Part shown: positions 13,376-25,700 of the stretch, piece by piece
How the letters are laid out: every line of letters starts with the position of its first letter
How positions within the stretch are numbered: position 1 is the stretch's first letter
From: Antedon mediterranea
Lineage: Eukaryota; Animalia; Echinodermata
Length of the DNA: 64,000 bases
NCBI RefSeq assembly: GCF_964355755.1
Contig: NC_092676.1
Coordinates: 22,462,871 to 22,526,870 of the forward strand
Direction of reading: 5' to 3'
Notes under the pieces: model-generated
Database searches by the model: none
What the model saw: the letters and a program-made list of their open reading frames with translations, nothing else
What the model was told of the DNA's origin: nothing
Position numbers and translations under genes: made by a program

Positions 13376-14474
13376 GGACAGTCATATCATCGTACTCAGT
13401 ATTTTCCTACAGTAGGTAGGTTTTAGGTAGGAAGAAGAAAACATAATTATGCAGTTTCCTACTCTAACGAAAATAACTTTTCACAATTTTTTTGTTGAAT
13501 TTTAATGTCACATAATAATTATTCAATTTGACCAAAAATGGGATCGAAAAAAAAAAAACTTATTAAAAAAACTATAATTTAAAGCAAAAAATTGTCAGAC
13601 AATTGGATTTTGGCTGAATTAACCATTTAGTTTGTCTTTTTATAAGTGAAAACATTATTATTTTTTTGTTTCTTTTTCTACAGAAGTGATTACCTTTATT
13701 AAAACTACGAAATGGCCTATTCACAGAAGCTGATTTATTAATCTTCATTTTTCATGTTTTTGAGGGACAGTACATCTTTAACAATATTGAATGTTTATTA
13801 CGCCTGATGTAAATATTTTCCTTCATACCAGTAAATAGCCTAAAACAAGCATTATTAAACTAGGAATTGTCAATCTTCTCGGATTCCAATTAATTGTTTT
13901 CCATCATTATCAGATAAAAATATCCAAATAAAAATGAACATACTACACATTTGGAACATTTGAGAACAACAGACCTCAGAAAAATAAATATCGGAAAGTT
14001 TATGAAAGCCTGTCAAAATTATAGAGGGCATTATAACAATTTTTTTTGTTAAGATAGTGGCAACTGCAGTATAATAGTAAACATGGGTATGTCAGGTGTG
14101 CCAAAAGGCTGATAATGCGGTGCCAACTGAATTCAAGGTATTAAACAGCAGATGAATTTATTTAGTTAGTATCTAGATAATTATATACTTATATTATAAA
14201 ATTAAAAATAATAAAATTGTATACAAAATCAGGATATTTATTTTGATTATCCACAAAATTAGGAAACTCACATTAGCGGAAGAGGACACAAAATATCCAG
14301 CGACATCGGGAGACTCACACGATTATCGGGAGAGTTTGGGTATCTGAGTCATTCATTCCAAGTGCATCCATGTTTTACTAGAATTAGGGAATACCTATTT
14401 GATACAAAGAAATACAAATACTAGGTAACTTTGGTTTACTGATGAACAATGTCAATCCAGATTGAACTGGTTTG

Positions 14475-14508
<34 letters not shown>

Positions 14509-14519
14509 AGTTACAATAA

Positions 14520-15270
14520 CTTACTGACCAAATTTTTTGTATCTGGATCAGACTGGTTTTATCTGGAACTTGCAATCATTCATTATAAATAATTTTGACA
14601 AAAATTCAGAGTGATTTGAACTATCCTTGATTGTAGTATCTTGAAAGATCTACACTAGCTGTAATACAATACACTCGGATCATTTGTATGATTTGATCTG
14701 GAATTGTGGTTCCTACTAGCTTCTGATCTACAGTACTATCTGTCTGTTTATAATTCACTAAGTAGATCATATGTATCCGGATCAAACTGGTTTGATCTGG
14801 AACTGTGATTACTTTTTGTTTGTGGTATCTTGTAATATCCAGCTGCCTGTTTATAATACACTAAGTAGATCATATATATCCGGATCAAACTGGTTTGATC
14901 TGGAACTGTGACTACTTCTTGTTTGTGGTATCTTGTATGATCTAACTGTCTATTTATAATTCACTAAGTAGATCTAGCTGTCTGTTTATAATTCATTAAG
15001 GAAATTATCTGTATCCGGATCAGTTTGACCTGGAACTGTGGTTACTTCTTGTTTGTGGTATCCTGTAAGATCTACTACCTGTCTAATTATTATTCACCAA
15101 GTAGATCATCTGTATTTGGATCAGACTGGTTTGATCTGGAACTGTGGTTTCTTTACGTATGTGGTATCTTATAAAATCTAGCTGTCTGTTTATAGTTCAC
15201 TAAGTAGATCATCTGTATCCGGATCAGACTGGTTTGATCTGGAACTGTGGTTCCTTCTTGTTTGTGGTGT
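14520..15270 (-). repeat. ~105-bp tandem repeat derived from XRCC4 terminal codons and stop
   Basis: Unit agtagatcatctgtatccggatcagactggtttgatctggaactgtg occurs ~6 times and decays leftward. Confidence 0.85.
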
Positions 15271-18200
15271 TTTTGCTTTACTAGATGGAGTCCTGTTGTC
15301 AAAAAAACATACAAATATATGTTTTACTAATCTAAATAAATTTCATGTGTGAACATACTGTTATATATTAATGGTAAAGTTTTGATGAATGAAATAAATC
15401 ACATGTAAAACAAACCTTGTTGTTGTTTGCTTTGTTTTTGTTGGTAATATTACAGATGTTCCAGAATCTGGAACCTTCTTTGTAGCTGTTTTACGTATCC
15501 TCCTGCAAAAACAGTATTTGTACACATTAAAGCTAATGTCACAAAAACGAAATGTGGTGAGGTTATAAACATACTATTATAGGGAGTTTTAGATTTGCAA
15601 TGACTATTGTATCTCATGTTAATTCATTGTGCACATGTTGGGATATTGGGACGTGTTTCCTCGCACTCCACCTCGACACAGTTTTGATGGTTTCAGGGTC
15701 CAAGCGATGACCGACTGTCCAAGTTGCCAGTCGTCTCAAATCAAAAGGTTGATGTTCTAATTTCTCTAGAGGGCCTTCTCCTATATTTATGTACATGCGC
15801 ATACAAGTTTTTGTATATTATGTGATGACTCTAGCTTTGAACAAACCGACAAGATAGTCACCTTCTCGATGAACTTTGGATAGTAGTGAGTTCATCGTCA
15901 TCATCGTCCAACAAGAGAGAATCATTCTCCACCATATCAACTTTTAGCTTTTTTGTCTTCTGTTTTAATTCCACATCCTGAAAAAAGAAGAATAAAATAT
16001 GGAAGAACAGAAATAATTATAAGAGCCATCCCATGCATACACATTTGATAGACAATGCAGTGCAAAACAGGAAACAAATATAATGCTTTAAGAGTACTGT
16101 ATCTGTTACTAGTAAAGCTTGAGATGCAATGCACTAGGATGCAATGCAAGGACGCAAGTGACGTGATGGATCATCCAAACTGCCGCTTGAATGTGATGGT
16201 TCAACTCACTTACATTGTGCCTGTCGTGTTGCATTCTGGTGCGACCAAGCTTAAAGATACCTGCCTCAGGGAGGTTTTCAAATGTAGTTTTAAACCTTCT
16301 CAGGACCATTCAGTCAGTTTGATACACCATTGCGATGTGGCCAAATATGGTAGTGATAACATCATTGTGTCCATACTGTATACGGGCACATCCCATTTGA
16401 TCAAGTTTGATAGTGTAGACAGAGCTTAATAGCTGAATTTTGTACAACAAACTCTTTGTCTCTTATATTAACGATATACATATACTGTATATACTTATTT
16501 CAATTTGTAACTACAAATGCAGCATAAAATATTTTAAATGAGTCGTTTAATTTTTTACAGGCTCAAAATTTAAGTGCAAATTAGGATTTGTTTGTTAAAA
16601 CATACCCTTAATCTAAATTCATCGTCTGTGCTAATTTCTTCTTTGTCTTCATGATCACTAATATCTACCTCCATTGTGGTTTGATCCGTCTTCTGTTGTT
16701 GATTTCTCTCTCTTTTATTTTCAGAGTCCTTCACTTTAATAAAATATCTTAATATGAACCTCCATGTTTGTTTGTAATCAACAAATTAATTTTGTTGTTA
16801 TGGTATAACGGATATTTATTATAAAATTTGGGAAATTTGAATATTTAAATGCTAATTTGTTTTTGAGTCTTCTTTAAAGAACTTAGTACATCTTTCGAGA
16901 CGAGTAGGGGGGGGGGGGGGTTACCCACACACACAGCCACTGATCATAGCTGGGCCCCCTGGGAGAACAGTCTTTGACTGAAGAGCCTAATAATAATAAT
17001 TGATGTGATTTTCCATTGAAAAAAAACCCCCAATATATTGAACTTTAAAACCAAAGAGGTCATTAGTATGAAATATTTTAGAAATTACATTTAATACAAT
17101 TATATTACAGAAAATATTTTAATTATGCTTATTTTTAAGGCCTGGTTGTTGCTCCTAATAAAATTCATTGCAAACCATGAAAACCCAAAAAACAATGAAA
17201 ATGGTCGTGGAAAAGAGATCCAGATGACCAATCATAACCTAGTCTCATTTTAAACTTGTATTTATGCAAGGTCACATGGAAAACATTTGTGTCACGCTGT
17301 TCTATGAAACAGAACAGAGATGCGAATGCTTTCAGGACTATCCGCCTATAAAATACAATGAAACAACGGCGATCAGTGACTTACAGTTTTCTCGCAGCTG
17401 TCTTATTTTAGCTTTCTTGTCATTCACGATAACTTGAAACTTAAAAGAAAACAAAAAATGTTTTAGAAAAATTGAAGAACTTATAATTTGTATTGAATTT
17501 CATGAATAGAAATTTTAATATATATTTAATATGATAAATGTCTTCTTTCTTGTCTATTAAGTGTTGATAGATATGTTACATTAACAACCCTTTGTCTGCT
17601 CCAATTTCTGAAATCAAAAGCTCCAGGCCCTTATCAAAATATTTTAAAGATGTATTGTCCCCTAAATCATGAAAAATAAAGATTTATAAATCAGACTTTG
17701 GATAGGCCATTTTGCAGTTTTAATGAAGTTTTTTTATACTAAAGAAAAAAGAAATGATTTCACTTACGAAAAGACAGAATAAACAGTAAAATTTAACTAA
17801 AAACAATTTTCTAACTATTTTAACTATTTTTGGCTTTAATTACACTTTATAATTTCTTTTAGCGATCCAATTATTCGGCAACGTGAATAACAATATTTGA
17901 CATTAAAATGGCATAGTCAACAACAAATAATTGAAAAAAATATAATTTTTTCAGGGTGACAATATTTATTTTATTATAAAAGGTAAAGTAAATATACTGG
18001 CCATCATTTTACTTCTTTTATTTATTTATTTGTTCTTTACACTGGGTGACCGCTTCAGTAAAAAAAAACTGTTTAACCAGAGGGGTACACAAATCACAAT
18101 AAAAGTATTACAAAACAAATTTAAACTTACTTTAGAGTACAGGTCATTTTCTAAATCTATCTTAGCTGTTGAACACTGTTCAAGTAACTGCACTGCTTTT

Positions 18201-21200
18201 CTCCTTTCTCTCGACAAACGATCGTTTTCTTTTTCTAACGTACGTATACTGTCTTGCAGAATTTTCATTTGACTAATTGCAAAAGTGTACAACTCCTGAG
18301 TGGCTGTGCATGTATCATCAACAGCTGTAAGTTTGATTGAACCAAGTTGGTACTAAAAATAATATAATCATTTTCGTCGTCAGTAAACTACAGTAAAGTT
18401 GATTTAAAAAGTATATGGGAGGTTTTTCCTTCATTGAATTGCTACAATAGAGAGGACTGATAAATACAAGGAGAGAGATAAATAATAGTCTAGGGTTTTG
18501 TTGCTATTGTAAACACAATTAATACATGTGTCATGTGTAATCAGATTAGATTGCAATTTACACATGTAAATGAAAACAAATTTACCCAGCAACTTAAGGT
18601 TGTATTTCAATTTTCATGCATCTTTTCTGTATGGTCAAACTGCTCCTTATCTTGTGAATATTCAGCTATTGAGGTAGGTTTTAAACAGCAGTTTCATCTC
18701 AAATTTTAAAATCAGGGGAAGCCACACATGACCATTAAATGTGTAATTATAAAGTGCGAACATAATACCTTTATTCCACCTGCCATCACTTTTTTCCAAG
18801 AAAATACTTTATCCAAAACACTATCTTTAACCTAAATAGAAGAAAAGCTATTGAGTGCAATTATAACATTATACAGCACATGCATTATCACACCACATAG
18901 GCAGACGTACAGATAGTTATGAAAATTGTTAATTAAATTGCATCTGAAAAAGGCTTACATGAAGTTGGTGCAGTGATTTATAACTTTCAATGATAAAATA
19001 TTTTTAAATGCCTGATAATTCAGTATTGGTCGGGACATAACATCAAAAAGCAGGACAATCTAGCCAAAATCAAGATAAAAATAGTTGGAATCTATGCTTA
19101 ACTTCAATGACAACATTTGTTCCTTACGATAACAAAGACTGGTCTGGTAAAAAAGCTAAGTTTAAGTTTTTTAAGTATTGCTTAACTATCTTGATATTAT
19201 AAGATTGATAAATGCCATCCCATAGGAGAATTGACAGATATTAAATACATACATCATACTGAAATGCTATATGTTTGGTTTCCCTTTGAAACAAAGCACT
19301 CTGTGTTTGTGCTGTAAAATCAGCCAAATCCATCTTAACTTCTTCAGACAGGGTCTTTATGTCATTTTGAGACACTGTAAAAAAACACAATCAGAAATGT
19401 ATCAATTGCTTTAGAAATTGATTTCATATTTTGTTGTACTTCAATATTTCAATGGTACAGAATTTAATCCCATATTCTACAACTTTGACCCCTGTCTCTA
19501 GAATCTTAATCTGCAATGCAATACCTACTGTAGCCATAATAGTGACAGCTTCAAAGCACTCCTCAGGCCATAGTTCAGTCTTTTCGGATAAAGGACTTTT
19601 ACACTTTGCTTGTAGGGTGTAGTAGTGTGCGTCTAATAGTGTGTGTATACCCTTGTTGAACCCACAAATGTAAAAACGCCCACAAATGTGAAAACAACCA
19701 CAAATGTGAAAACGCATCACCCACAAATGTGAAAACAACCACAAATGTGAAAACGCATCACCCACAAATGTGAAAACAACCACAAATGTGAAAACGCATC
19801 AACCACAAATGTAATAAACAGCGCCCACAAATGTGAAAACGATCATCGCCCACAAATGTGATAACGCCCACAAATGTAAAAAAAAATGAGAATTTTTCGG
19901 CCACAAATGTAAAAAAAAAAAATCAGATGAAATTTAATGCTAGACTCAAACAATTTTGTAGTATCGTGTACGCGCCCAAAACATCGAATCGAGCATCGAC
20001 TTTGAACTATACGTACATAACAGTAAGCCAACGAGTTAATAACCACACACTACATACAAGTAGCAATTTAACCTTGACCTTGTTGTATCGTGTGCGCGAA
20101 AAAAAAATATCGAACATCGACTTATAACTATACGTACATAATAGTAAGCCAACAACCACACAGTAGAAGCAACAATGATATAACATGGCCTTGACCTTGA
20201 AGTATCGTGCACGCGCGCAGCAAATAACAAATATCGTCTTGAACTATTACGTTCATTAAACAAACGAGTTAACGCGCAAATATCGCGCGCACGAGCAGCA
20301 AATGATAATAATCCAACGTGTTAACGACGACCCTAACAGACGTATCGTGAACAAACAACTCAATACAATCATGATATAATGTTTGTCTGAATCTAGCATT
20401 AAATTTGATCTGATTTTTTTACATTTGTGGGCGAAAAAGTCACTCTTGTTTTTACATTTGTGGGCGTTATCACATTTGTGGGCGATGATCGTTTTCACAT
20501 TTGTGGGCGCTGTTTTCACATTTGTGGTTGATGCGTTTTCACATTTGTGGTTGTTTTCACATTTGTGGGTGATGCGTTTTCACATTTGTGGTTGTTTTCA
20601 CATTTGTGGGTGATGCGTTTTCACATTTGTGGTTGTTTTCACATTTGTGGGCGTTTTCACATTTGTGGGCGTTTTCACATTTGTGGGTTCAACAACCCTC
20701 CTCTACACTAATCTTAATTACAACAACAAAAAATGTCTTACAATGTCCTTTCCAGGCACTGTTCCCATCAGTCAAGGTCAGTGAAATTCTATTCTCATTT
20801 TCACTCTTGCCATCTTGTCCTGCTAAAAGGTAGTATTGTTGATTACCAACATCAAAATTCCTGATCACATTCTCCTCAAATTTGAAAAAAAAAAATAAAA
20901 AAAATTCTTATTTAGGCCTAATAAAAATTACTGTAAAATGTTCTTAAAAGATTGGCCTACATAACTATGAAAGACTGCACCGCGGAAAAACGGTGGTGAC
21001 AAACATTTTTTCTCCATGGATTTTAAGCAGTGAAAACAATCTTTTTCAATCACACAGTTATATAGGCCAATCTTTTTAAAGCAAATTTTACAGAAATTGT
21101 TTTTCTCATACGGCCCTCCATTCAGAAGGTATGATTATTTAATTAGCAAGTCGTCCTGAAATTCCTTGAAAACGATTAGGCTTAGTTACTGTATGTAGCC

Positions 21201-22576
21201 TAGCTAGGCCAGGACGAATATGTTCTTTTTTTTGCGACTGTTTGTCATCTGCAAGGTCACAGTGCATTTCGGCCGCCAATCATTTCGGCCGCCGGTTATG
21301 GAACGCCCAAATTCATGAAACTCCAAAAAGGACAAAATATGGCATGATCATTTCGGCCGCCAGGTATGGCGCGCCAAATTGAAATAGCCAGAAATAACTC
21401 ATTAACTGTACAGTATTACAGTGAAAAAAAATAACTTTATCAAATCTATGGAACGCCACAGAGAACTATGGTCATTTAAACTAGAGATCAGTTGTGCAAT
21501 GGGCTAAATACATTTTGTTTTTGCCGTAGGCATAGATTTAAAGTTATATTAGTTACGGTATTTTACCGTTTGAATATTTTGGTCCAAATGAATATTGATT
21601 TAATGTTTATTTTTTTATTTATTTTACAAGTCCCGAAGATGTGTGTGCTTTGGAAAAATGTGTTTTTTTTAATATGAATCAAGTTAAGTGTTTTTGACTG
21701 GCACATAAAAAAAACTTCAGCATCACCTCCTTCTTATTAAAAAAATATCATTAATATTCACTGTAGTGATGGCAATGTGCACACTATAAAATCGCTGCTG
21801 TTTCTGGAATTGAAGACCGCCGATTCGGCTTAATAATACAGTATTTAGGCCTAGTAAAATATTAACATTTTAACACACATGGCGTGTCATACATATTCAA
21901 GAATAATTACAATTCTGGTGGCCGAAATTAACAATACATATTTTGTCCTTTTTGGCGTTTCATGAATTTGGCAATTCCATAACCGGCGGCCGAAATGACT
22001 GGCGGCCAAAATGATCAGACACCATCTGCAAGATGGTTTCCGTAAAACAAAAATCGTCTATCTATTAATTACTAGATTAGGCCAGGGATTTTTTCTCTCA
22101 GCGCTTTAGGACAATCTTTTGATTGTAACTAAAGCGCTATATAAATCGAACAACATCACATTATTATAAGCTACAGTATACAGTTTATAGCCTCTAGGCA
22201 GGGAGTTGTTATTAATATTAGTCTAATAACAACTCCCTGCTCTAGGCCTACAATTACATATATAATAATATTATAGGGCGCCGTTTATAAGCATCGCATA
22301 GACTAGTACTACAAGGGCCTAGGCCTAGTTAGGCTAGAGTAGGCTAGGCCTAGTACTAGCCTAGGCCTAGTAGTAGTAGGCATACTAATCGGTGAACCCA
22401 CCACACTAGCCTCTAGGGCTAGGCTAGGTAGGCCGGACCTACTACTAGTACTAGCTAGGCTAAAGTAGTAGGCGGTCTGGAGCCGATTTGACCCTATTTA
22501 TTAGTACTGTCTCTTTACAGGAAATTCAGTAATCTCTACCAAATAAACATTTTCATCGTTTTTTTAAACATACCAT
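15190..22576 (-). CDS. XRCC4: DNA repair protein XRCC4 (~343 aa)
   Basis: Exons 22576-22574 (ATG only), 20874-20742, 19374-19253, 18831-18769, 18352-18131, 17439-17385, 16733-16606, 15977-15862, 15502-15416, 15292-15190. Total 1032 nt, phases consistent. Motifs LTLTDGNSAWKG, YQLGSIKL, EKENDRL, LENDLYSKFQVIVNDKKAKIRQL (Ligase IV-binding coil) and C-terminal DDLLSEL. Confidence 0.92.
16874..17000 (+). mobile_element. SINE-like 3' fragment with (TAA)n tail
   Basis: tacatctttcgagac...ggggttac also occurs at ~46880-46910. Ends in taataataat. Confidence 0.45.
19654..20694. mobile_element. Non-autonomous foldback-type DNA transposon with TGT...ACA ends (Ginger-like)
   Basis: 5-bp TSD ACCCT (19649-19653 and 20695-20699). 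~300-bp TIRs built of cacaaatgtgaaaac tandem subunits. Lies in an XRCC4 intron. Confidence 0.85.
20931..21093. mobile_element. Small decayed inverted-repeat element (MITE-like)
   Basis: ctgtaaaat...aaaagattggcctacataact is inverted to agttatataggccaatctttt...attttacag. Confidence 0.55.
21255..22023. mobile_element. Non-autonomous TIR element (MULE-like)
   Basis: ~85-bp TIRs with catttcggccgcc subrepeats. Direct repeat atctgcaa (8 bp; up to 10 bp depending on end assignment) on both sides. Confidence 0.8.
22198..22240. repeat. Short palindrome, gcagggagttgttatta...taataacaactccctgc
   Basis: 17-bp perfect arms. Confidence 0.75.
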
Positions 22577-22782
22577 TCTTTCGACTGGGTAGTTTTGCCG
22601 TTTTCTAAACTTTCTCACCTAAACCTCGATCGTAGCTTGTGTCAAGCTAGCCAACAATAAGCCAGCCAACAATAAGCCAGCCCACTTTTATTTTTTCCAG
22701 CCAACAATAACTATGAAACGCCGTTTGTGCATTCTTTACATTTTCATTGTTACTTATGGCTTTTATGGTATTAGGAATTAAA

Positions 22783-25700
22783 TATTTGTGAGAAAAACGG
22801 CAGATTGTTCCTGGGATTCACTTGGTGGGATTATACTAGGGTACCCCCTTAGTCGTCCAGTATAAGTTAGAGTGGGACCACTGGTCCCGTTTACTCAGCC
22901 CTCATCTTTAAAATTTGAGTGTAACTCAATTATGATTTTTAAAATATAGTTAAATTTGAAACTGTATTTGTGAGAAAATGGCGGATTGTTCCTGGGAGTC
23001 ACTTGGTGGGATTATACTAGGGTACCCCCTTAGTCGTCCAGTATAAGTTAGAGTGCGACCACTGGTCCCGTTTACTCAGCCCTCATCTTTAAAATTTGAG
23101 TGTAACTCAATTACAATTTTTAAAATATAGTTAAATTTGAAACTGTATTGGTGAGAAAATGGCGGATTGTTCCTGAGAGTCACTTGGTGGGATTATACTA
23201 GGGTGCCTCCTAAGTCGTACAGGATAAGTTAGAGTGGGACCACTGGTACAGTTTACTCAGCCCTCATCTTTTAAATTTGAGTGTAACTCATTTACGATTT
23301 AAAAAATATAGTGAAATTTGATACTGTATTTGTGAAAAAATGGCGGATTGTTCCTGGGAGTCACTTGGTGGGATTATACTAGGGTACCTCCTTAGTTGTC
23401 CAGTATAAGTTAGAGTGGGACCACTGGTCCCGTTTACTCAGCCCTCATCTTTAAAATTTGAGTGTAACTCATTTACGATTTTAAAAATATAGTGAAATTT
23501 GATACTGTATTTGTGAGAAAACGGCGGATTGTTCCTGAGAGTCATTTGGTGGGATTATACTAGGGTACCCCCTTAGTCGTCCAGTATAAGTTAAAGTGGG
23601 ACCACTGGTCCCGTTTACTCTAAGCCCTCATCTTTTAAATTTGAGTGTAACTCATTTACGATTTTTAAAATATAGTGAAATTTGATACTGTATTTGTGAG
23701 AAAACGGCGGATTGTTTCTGGGAGTCACATGGTGGGATTATACTAGGGTACGTCATTAGTCGTCCAGTATAAGTTAGAGTGCGACCACTGGTCCCGTTTA
23801 CTCAGCCCTCATCTTTTAAATTTGAGTGTAACTCAATTACGATAAAAATTTTAAAATATAGTGAAATTTGATACTGTATTTGTGAGAAAACGGCGGATTG
23901 TTCCTGAAAGTCATTTGGTGGGATTATACTAGGGTATCCCCTTAGTCGTCCAGTATAAGTTAAAGTGGGACCACTGGTCCCGTTTACTCTAAGCCCTCAT
24001 CTTTTAAATTTGAGTGTAACTCATTTACGATTTTAAAAATATAGTGAAATTTGATACTGTATTTGTGAGAAAACGGCGGATTGTTTCTGGGAGTCACATG
24101 GTGGGATTATACTAGGGTACGTCATTAGTCGTCCAGTATAAGTTAGAGTGCGACCACTGGTCCCGTTTACTCAGCCCTCATCTTTTAAATTTGAGTGTAA
24201 CTCAATTACGATAAAAATTTTAAAATATAGTGAAAATTGATACTGTATTTGTGAGAAAATGGCGGATTGTTCCTGGGAGTCACTTGGTGGGATTGTACTA
24301 GGGTACCTCCTTAGTCGTCCAGTATAAGTTAGAGTGGGACCACTGGCCTCGTTTACTAAACCGTCATCTCTTAAATTTGAGTGTAACTCAATTACGATTA
24401 ATATTTTAAAATATAGTGAAATTTGATACTGTATTTGTGAGAAAATGGCGGATTGTTCCTGGGAGTCACTTGGTGGGATTGTACTAGGGTACCTCCTTAG
24501 TCGTCCAGTATAAGTTAGAGTGGGACCACTGGCCTCGTTTACTAAACCGTCATCTCTTAAATTTGAGTGTAACTCAATTACGATTAATATTTTAAAATAT
24601 AGTGAAATTTGATACTGTATTTGTAAGAAAATGGCGGATTGTTCCTGGGAGTCACTTGGTGGGATTATACTAGGGAACCTCCATATCCGTCCACTATAAG
24701 TTAGAGTGGGACCACTGGTCCCGTTTACTCAGCCCTCATCTTTTAAATTTGAGTGTAACTCAATTACGATAACATTTTTAAAATATAGTGAAAATTGATA
24801 CTGTATTTGTGAGAAAATGGCGGATTGTTCCTGGGAGTCACTTGGTGGGATTATACTAGGGTACGTCCTTAGTCGTCCAGTATAAGTTAGAGTGCGACCA
24901 CTGGTTCCGTTTACTCAGCCCTCATCTTTAAAGTTTTTTAGTGTAACTCAATTACGATTAATATTTTAAAATATAGTGAAATTTGATACTGTATTTGTGA
25001 GAAAACGGCGGATTGTTCCTGGGAGTCAGTTGGTGGGATTATACTAGGGTACCTCCTTAGTCGTCCAGTATTAGTTAGAGTGGGACCACTGGTCCGGTTT
25101 ACTCAGCCCTCATCTTTAAAATTTGAGTGTAACTCATTTACGATTTTTAAAATATAGTGAAATTTGATACTGTATTTGTGAGAAAATGGCGGATTGTTCC
25201 TTGGAGTCACTTGGTGGGATTATACTAGGGTACCCCCTTAGTCGTCCAGTATAAGTTATAGTGGGACCACTGGTCCCGTTTACTAAGCCCTCATCTTTAA
25301 AATTTGAATGTAACTCATTTACGATTTTTAAAATATAGTGAAATTTGAAACTGTATTTGTGAGAAAACGGCGGATTGTTCCTGAGAGTCACTTGGTGGGA
25401 TTATACTAGGGTACACCGTACCCTTAGTCGTCCAGTATAAGTTATAGTGGGACCACTGGTCCCGTTTACTAAGCCCTCATCTTTAAAATTTGAGTGTAAC
25501 TCATTTACGATTTTTAAAAATATAGTGAAATTTGATACTGTATTTGTGAGAAAATGGCGGATTGTTCCTGGGAGTCACTTTGTGGGATTATACTAGGGTA
25601 CCTTCTTAGTTGTCCAGTATAAGTTAGAGTGGGACCACTGGTCCCGTTTACTCAGCCCTCATCTTTAAAATTTGAGTGTAACTCATTTACGATTTTTAAA

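Noticed and set aside
19424-20833. SHLW/HICG repeat ORFs resembling zinc fingers
   Set aside because: Translations of the tandem TIR subunits of a non-coding element.
25134-25391. 85-aa ORF (also 36376-36606)
   Set aside because: Chance ORFs in satellite/TIR sequence; neighbouring units have stops.
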